A DNA stretch of 64,000 nucleotides from Antedon mediterranea (taxonomy: Eukaryota; Animalia; Echinodermata). How positions within the stretch are numbered: the stretch's first letter is position 1; each line of letters opens with the position of its first letter. Below are positions 15,201 through 27,200 of the stretch, piece by piece. The notes below the pieces were generated by a model. It saw nothing but the letters and a program-made list of their open reading frames with translations. It was not told the origin of the DNA and searched no databases. Location: NCBI RefSeq assembly GCF_964355755.1, contig NC_092671.1:32932304-32996303 (forward strand), in the 5' to 3' direction. A program made the translations under genes and the position numbers.

Positions 15201-18200
15201 TTTCAGCCACAGCTGCACACAATATGATATCCAGTTGCGGTGGTGTTCGCTACAAATAGGGAACTAACCTGCAGTTAATGACACCTTCAGTAAGGCACTG
15301 GCACTCCTCACATCCAGACCTAAAGCGCTGTCCAATCTCATAGCTACTGTTACCTAGGCTGCATTTCTTTGATAATTCACATATTCCACCGGAGCAGGAA
15401 TGACCAACATGGAACGCTATAACTTCAGACACACGTTCACGAGATGGATTAAATGTAGCTATGGCTTTACATTGTTCTAAAGTTGTTTCCTGAAGAAAAA
15501 AAGTATGCTTATTATTTTCATATACTTACTTGTTTACTTAAATATTGAGGATCTGCAAGAAAAACTTATAAGGCTCTCGGAAATACACAATTTGTATGTC
15601 CCTAATGTATAAGCTCTTAACCTCTATCTACACTATCAAACTTTATGTGACAAAAATGTGATGTGCCCAAATATCGTAGTGATATAACGTCATCGTGTCC
15701 ATATATGGCACATCACATTTTTTTTGTCACATAAAGATTGATAGTCTAGACAGAGCTTTATTCCGTTTTAGGTGATTTTTAATTAGTGTAATGTACACAA
15801 ATTAAAATACAGTAAGAATATAATTGTATTACTTGCTTGATTGAATCTGTTTGCAAGGGCGGATCCAGGATTGTTTAATGGGGAACCCTAACATATACTA
15901 TTAATAGGCTGTCATAAATAGTAGTTCATAATTTCATTTTAGCCATCAAAATGGAGAGCGCATTCCCTATCAGTAACTGGATCCGCCCCAGGTTTGGCAT
16001 TTTTTTTTATTACCTGACATTTGACACCTTCTTCAACAATATTGAAAGCACGGTAAGTGCTACCACCACGCCCTCTAGTGTAGAATCTTTGACAGCAAGC
16101 TCCGCGCATACATAGGTTCTCACATGCAGCCTTTGAATAAAAGTTGTTCTTGTGGTTACCATCACAGCCTACAACATAAAAGAAAAATAATTTTAAACGT
16201 AAAAAGGATAGCCTACTAAATCCGTAGACTTGCTTCTGGTGGGGTAATTCTGGTGGTGAATTGGGCAGTACACCGGGAGACAATCAATCCCCTACTCTTT
16301 TTCGAAGAGTATACTACATTCATCTCATTCAAAAGACGATGCACTATCTACATTTATTTCAACCCGTTGGAACACACCGAGAGCAGCGATGAGATTCCAA
16401 CAATGGACCAAAGGAAACCTATGGTCTGTCACAACACAGTGGCTACCACCAGTTTAGCCAACTGCATGATTCCATACTAGAAGTGTGTATGGTAGACATC
16501 GATTGACATTTGATTACACTGAATGTTGACTGGGCTTGTATATAGTGAAATTATTATTACATAAGGGGCGTTCAGATGACTCTGCTGATCACTTCCGGCA
16601 AATTTGCTCAGCCACTTCAGGCAAATGGTGTGATGTACATTGTGCAGACAAGAGATACCATTTTATCTTTCTTTTACACTATGAGTTATAATCATTTACT
16701 GTACTGTGTAAAATAAAAAAATAACTTTTTCTTAAACAGAGTTTTATGTTTACAATCACCATGTATCAAATTGGTCATTATTACCTGAAAATTCTTCACA
16801 CCTTTGTCCATACATGTTGTAATAAAATCTTGGAACAAAAACATCACACTGTCCAACTGTAGGGGCTGAGCTACAGAAACTGACCCTAAGCTCACAGTGA
16901 GCACCTGAACAATCTGGGGGACAAGTGCAAGTATAGTTTCGGTAGCCAGGGTAACCAGCGCATGTTCCTCCGTTAAGGCAAGGGTTAAGTGAGCAAGGGT
17001 CACGACATTCAAGCTTGTCAAACAGAACTGAGCAGGTTACAAGACCATTCTATTGAAATAGATAGAAATTAGTAAATCATGTGAAATAATCATGTGATTC
17101 TTCTTGTCTACTAAGTCAGTATACATTATATTTGAATAACTTACAATAAGAGTTAATAATATTATTCATTTATATGCATCAGTACATAATAACTGTTCTG
17201 TCTATATTATCAAACTAGTTTGACAAAAAAAGTGAGGTGGCCACATACAGTATGGTAGTGATATGGCATCATCAATCACATTTTTGTCACATAAAGTTTG
17301 ATAGTGCAGACAGAACTTTATAATTCTGAAAAATGTTTTTTTTTATTTCTATCTATTGTAATTTGCAAATGCCAAAAGCATAAATATCTAATCGATTTCA
17401 ATTGCTTAACAAACATTTTAGGATCAGAATCAAATTGGGTTTTTAAAACTGTTTGTAAGATTGGTTCCTTTTGTTAGTTCCATATTTATTGATTCTTGAA
17501 ACAGGGCTGCTTAGGTTCACTCTAACCCACAGAAAAAAAGTAATACTGTATGATCACACTACTAGGAGCGCGACTTCTTCAAAGTACTATTTTACTTCAT
17601 TTGTGTTGCTCAATGGCTACATTTACAGCATTGTATCAATGAAGTAATTATTACAATCAATATTTATACTCAATGTTACAATTAAATAGACATTTGACCA
17701 GTAGAAACAATCCTTGACCAATAGTAGCTTGACCTCTCACCTCACAGACACATGCCGTGCAAGGGTCCTGTTGCCAGACCTGTCCATTATGATATCTTTG
17801 TAGATTTACCACACACTCTTGTTCTCCGCATTCACACCGACTTGAAAACATAAGCTCCTGTTCACACTGAGTTATCTGTTAAGAAGAGAACAATATTAAT
17901 AACGCCCTTGTTATTGCTTCTATCATCAGCATAATAATCATATTCTTTATTGCAACTTGATTTGACAAATTTAAGTTTAGAAATACATCTTTAAAAATAT
18001 AAAAAGCTATCATTATAAAAACGGAATCACTGTAAACACAAAAACACCAAAAATATATTCTGTAGATAAATAGATATAAAAATATGGCTAGTAAATATTA
18101 AACAAAAAATAAAAACTCTCAACAAACACGGTATAAAAAAATACAACAATCAGAAAACAAGGTTGATTCTCCGAGCGACGCAACCAGGGTTTACATGATA

Positions 18201-21200
18201 AATTTTTGTTTTTCTCTCTTATTTGAGCATGATTATTATGGAACATACAAAATTATGCAGGTCATGAACTAGAGAATGAATAAGGAGCAAAGGAAGGGGA
18301 CATAAAGACTTTGATTGGCCAGTTTACTTGAAAGGATTCAGGAAAAATAATTAGAGATCAAGGAGGCATATTTTTTAACAGAGAAATTGCGGAAACATCA
18401 TCTAAAGTCGCCTAAAAAAAAGAGGTAAAAAAAGCGAGAAAAAGATACATTTCAATGTACCTGCTGGCTTAGTGTTGTTATTATCCCTGATAACTGGTCC
18501 ACGTGAGATATCATATCGTCCATTTGTTTTTGTTCTGCTGTCCTTGAATTATCTGCCAACAAAATAAATAAATAAATCGATATTATGATGACGTCTTATC
18601 TAGGCCGAATTGTCTCTTCATCAAACATGGCACATGGAAACAGTTGAAAGACAGCCTATAAGCCTAGAGGTACAGACACAGTAGCCCTAAATCATATTAT
18701 AAGTGGCTTACACTAGGGTGCCATTCAAAAACCAGTGTGAAATCTGATTTTACATGTTTAACAATCAACTTTCAGGTTCTGACATCCATGTAAACTGCCG
18801 CGGGCTACGGGAATTTATAGGCTAACAGTAACAGCCACATGTCTGTTAACTTTATGAAAATAAACCATTGAGCAGCTTGAATATTATTGTATTAATATTG
18901 GTCTGTTTTTTTCAATGCAAGAACAGCAACATAATCAAATTATTATAGACTGTAATTTTAATAGAAAATTACATTCTTATTTATACAGTAGAAATTGTTT
19001 GATTGGAATGCATTAATTAATTTTCTGTAGCAATAATTATTCAATATGTTAATATATATTTATTTTAACTGTGGAGGAGAGGGGGTTACCCTAATGCACT
19101 GGTCCATTTCAACCCCTCTGAATGTTGCTGTATTTGCAATATCTAGTACACTTAAACGGTTGTTGTATAAAGCATTTACATGAATAGCTTTTCTTTCTGT
19201 ATTTAAAATCAATTAAATAAAGCATTATTATTTAAAGTTTCAACATACTTACCACCACTAGTTCCAACTCCTGGAGAATCTTGTGATAATCTTTCAACTA
19301 TATTATTTAGAAATAAAACATTTAAAATGAAAACAGAAAAATACATTTGTTGGTGTTTCATAATGATTTTTAATGAGCAATTGGCATATTTAACTTTTAA
19401 AAGGAAGAGAGGAGGCGTAGAGCCAGCATGGATCTGCCTCTGCTGTATGATTTTCAAATAAGAACCATATCAACATTATTTTACTGCATTCACTGCAGTA
19501 ACTACATTTTCTATACTGTATATAACATAATTGGTTTTTTTTTAAATAGAAGTTTATAGTGTATACGATTATTACGTACAACAAATGCTTGCTAAATATT
19601 TGCATAATTACTGCAGTATCTGCAGTAGAATAACTTTTACATGATCCCTACACAACATTTACATATTAAAACAGCAACACAAACACTTTCAAGACAAGTA
19701 TTGTGTTAACAATTCAATAATCATTATCTGCATTTTTCAACACTACAAACATCGTAGGTTAATTCCAGTTGAAGAATAGATTATTTAAGCAGCACACGGA
19801 ATCATTCCTTTGGGAATCAAGCTATGGGAAACCGGATTACACTACTTTATAACTCATCAGATGAAGTGAGATATTTAGTGATTAAGGTGACTTTTAACAT
19901 TTTTCAAACCTATCTATTTATCTATCTCACCTTGGTTTCCATGACATTGCCACGGGGGACTGGATATGGATGTTGGATAGATGCGTAGTTCCTCCCACCA
20001 TCCCTATAAAAAAAGATAAAATTATGGTTAAGTGAAAATAATGAAATAGTCAAACTCTCTAACGCTCTGTCTACACATAAAACTTTATGTGACAAAAATT
20101 GTATACTCTATATAATTGGATACTGTAGGGTAGACAGAGCTTAAGAGAATGTTAGGCTATACATCTTTAAACGAAAGCACAATAGAGAATCTGGGAATTT
20201 AAATTCATTAAAAAAATCAGATCAGATTAAAAAAGCACACAGAAAAAAAAACATTATACAACATAAACACATTTGTGTTTCGTGGTCTTAATTTAATACC
20301 CAATAAACTGTAATTTAAAGCTAAACAAATAGTAAACAGGAAGTCTGTTGTCTGGATATCAACAGGATTCTGGTAAAATATTAACCATTTATTTTATGCG
20401 CTAAAACAACATACATTTTGTTTTAATTTTTTAATTGGAACTGAATAACTTTATTTTTTATTGATATTATTTTTCATGTTTTGACGGACAATGTCTTTAA
20501 AAAAACTATAATCGCAATAAGGTCATTTTTAGGGCTATGAATGTTGTCATTTTTTAGGGCTATGAATGTTGTCATTTTTTAGGGCTATGAATGTTGTCAT
20601 TTTTTAGGGCTATGAATGTTGTCATTTTTTAGGGCTATGAATGTTGTCATTTTTTAGGGCTATGAATGTTGTCATTTTTTAGGGCTATGAATGTTGTCAT
20701 TTTTTAGGGCTATGAAGGTTGTCATTTTTTAGGGCTATGAATGTTGTCATTTTTTAGGGCTATGAATGTTGTCATTTTTTAGGGCTATGAATGTTGTCAT
20801 TTTTTAGGGCTATGAATGTTGTCATTTTTTAGGGCTATGAATGTTGTCATTTTTTAGGGCTATGAATGTTGTCATTTTTTAGGGCTATGAATGTTGTCAT
20901 TTTTTAGGGCTATGAATGTTGTCATTTTTTAGGACTATGAATGTTGTCATTTTTTAGGGCTATGAATGTTGTCGTTTTTTAGGGCTATGAATGTTGTCAT
21001 TTTTTAGGGCTATGAATGTTGTCATTTTTTAGGGCTATGAATGTTGTCATTTTTTAGGGCTATGAATGTTGTCATTTTTTAGGGCTATGAATGTTGTCAT
21101 TTTTTAGGGCTATGAATGTTGTCATTTTTTAGGGCTATGAATGTTGTCATTTTTTAGGGCTATGAATGTTGTCATTTTTTAGGGCTATGAATGTTGTCAT

Positions 21201-24200
21201 TTTTTAGGGCTATGAATGTTGTCATTTTTTAGGGCTATGAATGTTGTCATTTTTTTAGGGCTATGAATGTTGTCATTTTTTAAAACAAACTGTAATTCTT
21301 ACAGATAAATATAGCGTTCAACAATGTATAACTTCCTATCACACAGTATATATTTCCTAAAATACCGAAACCACATAACAATCTCCCTAGTCATCCGATT
21401 CTAAATTAGCAATTACATCCAATTAATTCTTATCAAAGTGATTCTAAATCTAGAACAGACACAACAAAGCGATACTGTCAATTTTAACGGAAGTCGCCTA
21501 GATTGTAGGAGACATGGTGTACTATTGTTTTGATGGGTGGTTTTCAGTTCGAATCTTGATAGAACATGAATTTTGTAACAACTTTATAAGAATTATTTTC
21601 CTTTGCGAAGGAATTGCGTAACAGTATAATAAGTAATATGTATTTGCAATTAACCTTTGTTAACTTTGTGTTACACATTTACAGTTTAGGTATATCCTTA
21701 CATTGTGGCTTGAAGGAATTGCTTGTAAAACAACATTTGACAGTTTCCTACCTACATACAGGAAAGTATCATTTACAAAACTGTTTTATGGGTAATAATA
21801 TCTAACCCAGACACTAGTTAACCTAATAATTTGACAATAACAATATTGTCTCGTATTATCGTACATACAGTAACACTGTACATACAGTAAAGTGTTCAAA
21901 TGCATAACATAACAGTAAATAAGGCAGAGAAGTTGGTTATTTCTGATGAAAATTCATCAAACATCAGTGCAATTAATTCACTTTTTTACACTGTTGACGT
22001 GAACAAATTGATCCTAATTATCAGGTTTTTCCTCCAATCAAAAGGATAGAGAGCAGGCATTTAGTATTTCTGTTAGGCCTACTACTGTTGTATTAAATGC
22101 ATTGGGAAAAATGCAGGTCTACTATACAAAACTTTTTTTTAAATAACTGTTCGTTTCTTTGCAGAAAAGATGTTTCCAACATGCAGAAAAATTATTTCCA
22201 AAGCTAATAATGTTATAATCAAATTCATGTTTTAACCAAAGAAGTATTTTCATTTTGATCTTTTCATTCTGGTAAAAACAAAAATGGCAGGTATACTATT
22301 CACACTGTGCATAAATATAGGCCCTTTAAGAAAGAAGCCTACAGTCCAGTCAACAAAAGAGTGTAGGGGAAAATGCTAAACACTGCCTCTTGAGACCACA
22401 TTAATATCATTGTTTAGAGGACACCTTCTGTACTAAGTCATTCACAAACTCTCAGATTTCACTTCCAGTTTTTTTGTCAGGTTAACAAAAGTTCAATCTA
22501 TTACTTGTGTTTAGATTAAAGAGTACTTTATTTAGTGTAAGGAAGTGTTATTATTATCAACTACTTTGATTTAGGCATAAAAGTGCTTATATTTTTGGTG
22601 TATATACTATACATAAGAAGTAATTGTACAATAAACAACCTTCAGATCAGTGACTAAAAATAATAATATCCAATTTTGAATTCTTCTGCAAATAATTGCA
22701 TGTTATGTTAGGGAAAACTAATTTTCAACCTTTTGGGAAAAGTCTGATATGGTAATCTGCCATTAAATATTATATGTAGATAGTTTTCTTGATTCCCAAT
22801 TGTTGATGCCTGATATACAGTATATTCTTGATACCCAATTGATACACACATGATTGTTTGACTTAAACTCATTGGAAAAGGTCTTCACTTGGACACGTTG
22901 TGATCAGTTAAAATATGCACTCTTAAGTCCTCATCTTTACAGTAGTGCGACTTCGCTTTGGAAAAGCTATTTTATTTTACTCAATTGCATAAAATAACTG
23001 TTCCAAAGATTATAAAATCATCACATGCAAGCCTACAGTAGTAATACACCGTGGTACAGTATTTTATTTTGGTATGTTCATCTACAGTACTGTCCAATAA
23101 ATATAAAGATCATCACATGCAAGCCTACAGTAGTAACACATCGTGGTACAGTATTTTATTTTGGTATGTTCATCTACAGTACTGTCCAATAAATATAAAG
23201 AAAATGTACTGTACTCAACTTACTGTAGGTAGAGTAAAATTACAATTTCACTCTTCCCTGCTGTAAGTCTAACTGTATATTTATATCTCAAGATTTAATT
23301 GTTATGATCTACCACAATTCAGAACACATGGTTGACAAGTATTGGGATTGAAAGTGATTCCAAAATAGAATGCTACAGTAAGCCTTGTCACAACAATGTT
23401 GTTTGATTTGGATTCCTTTGGTGCTTTCAATTTTTTTAAGCACAGACTCATGTCTACAAGGTAATCTCAGTTTGTAATTAGAGAACTGTTGTTAAATATA
23501 TTATTGGTAATGTTTTGAATGTTGCTCTCTATGGGCCTGTTTCTGCTGCATAGCGCCGAATAAACTGTTTATTTCAAAATACTGTACAGTCAACTCTCCC
23601 AATACCGGACATCTCTGGGCTGGCCTAATGCCTGATTTTCTGGTATTCGGAATGTGTTTCTAATGGTAAAAATGAATTTGGGACCTTTTGGACCTCAAGA
23701 AAAGTCTGGTTTTGAGAGAGTTTTTGGTAAACTGTAGATTTAAAATATATCGACTGCATACTCTGATAAAATGTTGTTCCTAACTTACCGTTTAAATCAT
23801 TGGGTGGTCATTGACAGAAATCATTGATATTACCCAAAATGCAAGAAATCAAATGCAATGGGCTCTGGTGGTCAATTGAAATGTTAATTCAACTCAACTC
23901 CACCTCGTTGAACAGAATATGCATGGAAATAACTTGTAATGGCATTTAATACCAAATTGTTACTGTATTTTGTACAAATAATATTTTTAAAAAGTTTGTT
24001 TTTGAGGACTTGCAACTTACCAAAAATTTATCATTTCCAATAGAGCCTTGTGAAATAAACATCCACGATGTTTGTGGTGGATTAAAAGCAATTTTCCCTT
24101 TCAGCGTAAATCTCATAACATCCTGACAACCAGAGTACAATATAACTTTATCATTATTAACAACTAACAACCCGTAATTCCACTGTTTCGGATCTTTCAA

Positions 24201-27200
24201 TGGCGTTGGCATTACGGTTTCTTGAATATGGGAATCTCCTTTTATACGATACTTCAATGTCATGTTCCCTAATTTTGAGTCAGACGATAACGATAGAAAC
24301 GTTTTGCGTTGTTTTGAAACGACAGAAAATAAAGTCCCTGATGTGTCCTTATTTTGTTTTGCTATGAAGAATATACTAAAAGAAGTTGAAATTTCCTCTC
24401 GTAGATACTGTAGGTCATGCTCTGGTAATAATAAGATACGCAGCTGTGAGCGTGCCCGCCAGACCGTAGCACCATTATGAAACGCTTCATGCTCGGTTAT
24501 CCCAGGGATATCATGATCCATACGTAACTCCTGGAGTAAATCAGTGCCTGTAAAATTGAACAATTTGAGAATCTTAATTCCTTCTTCAAAACTATTAAAA
24601 AAACAAAATTAGTCTTTTTATAAACATAATTATTCAATAAATATATAATTTTTAAATTTTCTGATGAATATGGTCTTATTCAATCATAGTACTGTACAAT
24701 ACTTTAAAAAACATTAAAAAAAACATCAATAATTCACAGAATGATTATGAAATCAAATGACAACTGAGTTTGATCTACTTTCAACTACAGTACTAGTGGT
24801 TAGTCGTCCATTCATAGGAGTGTATTGGTAAATCTGGTGGCGACTATATAGAATGGTCTCAAAACATGAATATATAGTGTACTTCGACTTTAGTTTAAAG
24901 ACGATTATTATAAACACAGCAGGCAAGGACATTAATTCTAAACCGCCCGGTGATGAAATTTAATTAATTAATTTGAAACGATAAAGATGAGGAAATCTGT
25001 GAGAATGAGAAAAAGTCGCCCCAACCGAGACTCGAACTCGGACCGTCTGCTTGATATGCAGTTGCCCTAACCATTAGACCACTGGGGCTTTCATGGTATT
25101 GTTCAAACTCGATTGCATAGCGACTCTTTAACATTCTCGGCATGGTACGGCGGAACAGCACTAGTCCTCAGTTGTACGCACGCGCATATATATAAACCGA
25201 ACAGGCAAAGAACATTAATTCTAAACCGCCCGGTGATATACTGAAATTTAATCAATTAATTTGAAACGATAAAGATATAAATATTATTAGGATTATGGCT
25301 TTAGCTGTGGTGTTAAAACATATATTTTCCATTGTTCGTTTCATGGGAAAGTGTCCCCTTAATAGTGTTTCCCCTAAATAAAAGTATCCCAAAAGAAGGA
25401 TTATACCACAGTATATTGTGATTATGTGATGTATGTTGATCTGTACTATAGTTTTGGATGACATGAAATGATAATACTACCTACACAGACAGAAATAAGA
25501 AGATTATTCCAAACAAGCAAAAATATCAGCATCAAAATTTGAAAATAATTGTGTTTAAAGCAACACCCAGTGCTTATTTTGTACTCTATTGTTAAATGGT
25601 TAATTGTCATGTTTAAACAATATACCTGCAGGCTACAAACAATTTGTCAACAACAAACAACAAGGAACCAGTAAATATCTAAAGTAATTTTCCAGTTCAT
25701 TAAACATTGGACATAAAAGTTAACTTGTTGCATATAGTAAAGTTGATTGTTCTATTGTTGAACCTGTCTATGTGAAGTCTAGATATTTTTTTTCATATTG
25801 TACAGTACAAAGCAAAAAACAAGGGAACACTGTAGTAAATCACAATATACTGTAACTATGAAGGTCCTGATTTTTTCAACCGTGTGAATAAACTAATCCC
25901 AATTTCTTGGCAGTGCTCTGAAACATTTTCAATAACCAGTTAAATGGCAGCCTGAAAATATGGTTAAAAACACTTTAAATCGACTGGATGAAACTTTTAC
26001 TCCAACGCAAACTAATGGTTATTTGACTGCAACTATTAACTTTATAAATAAATTAAATAACATTGCATAGAGTTTAATTATTCCTTGTTGATTTGTTTTA
26101 ATTGAAACGTTAGGTGGAGGATATACAAAGATACAAAGGATTTACTGTATCTATTCAATTTTTCCTTCCCCTTTTTTAGCTTTTGATGTTTTTTTTTTGC
26201 CTGTTTCTTTTGTTTTTTTACCTTTTTATAAAAATGTTTACAGTTTTAATGCTGTTTTTATATGATATTTTTGACATGTTTTTTAAAATGCAATTTGGCC
26301 ATGAGGTGTAAAGTTGGTCTGTATTTCTTTGGAAATAAATAAAGGGAATATATATCTTCTGGGGGTTGGAAGGTGATTATTCCTTCTCACCTCCAACCAT
26401 ATTTATTACATACAGTTCTGTAAATGATAAGTGGACTTTTTGACATTGAAACATGCATGTTAGTAGCTACTTAAATCAGGTTAATAAGATCTGTCATTGC
26501 CAAGCATGTATGAAGATAGTACCAAAATAGTACTCTTTTAGCACTGAAATCTGTAGATTCCATTAACAACTAAGGTTACAATTTGGGCATATTTAAGTTA
26601 ACAAAAAGTTCTCTACTGTTTTATCTTTCTGTGTCAGTCAGAACATGTGTCAATGAAAGTAAGTTTTGTGTATATTTTATTAAGAGTTCAAAAGTTGTCA
26701 ACACCTTAAAGGTGGAACCCAATAATTGAATTTCTAACATTGTATCACCATGGGCAAAGTTTTACAGCTGTGTTCTCAAATTCGTAAACATCATCATACC
26801 AATTGCGATTTCCCTCTCTCATAAGGCAATTTTACAAGCAACAGATTAGAAATTGTATTATAACAATTTTACACCATTACTTTAAAGGTATCTACAGTTA
26901 TATTTAAAATGGAAAATTTCATTTTCACCACCATCGACATTGATTTTTGTTTGATACTTACAAATTTTGAATGGAAATAGCCAAAATAATAGCCAAATTG
27001 GGGTTTACTGGTGTAGGCATAGGTCAGGGTGAATGAGTTATTCTTTCCGGTCTGAAATAACAACTTCCTATAGGTGTTAACAATAACGCAATATACAGCA
27101 CAGCTTCTGTATACTGTCTGGTACAATGTAACTGGGGACAATTTTAAACGTTTATAATTTTCGTATCCACGAGGCTCTTCCTCCACTGGACTGGAAGTTG

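Noticed and set aside
16240-16460. SINE-like fragment (ctactcttttcgaagagt, similar to ~36673)
   Set aside because: Too degenerate to define boxes or ends by eye.
20522-21281. CRISPR-like array
   Set aside because: Repeats are contiguous with no unique spacers, no cas genes, eukaryotic intron.
23790-23905. Possible extra exon ending at a strong GTAAGT donor (~23788)
   Set aside because: Stop codon in the required frame; exons 2 and 3 already join to complete the TSPN motif.
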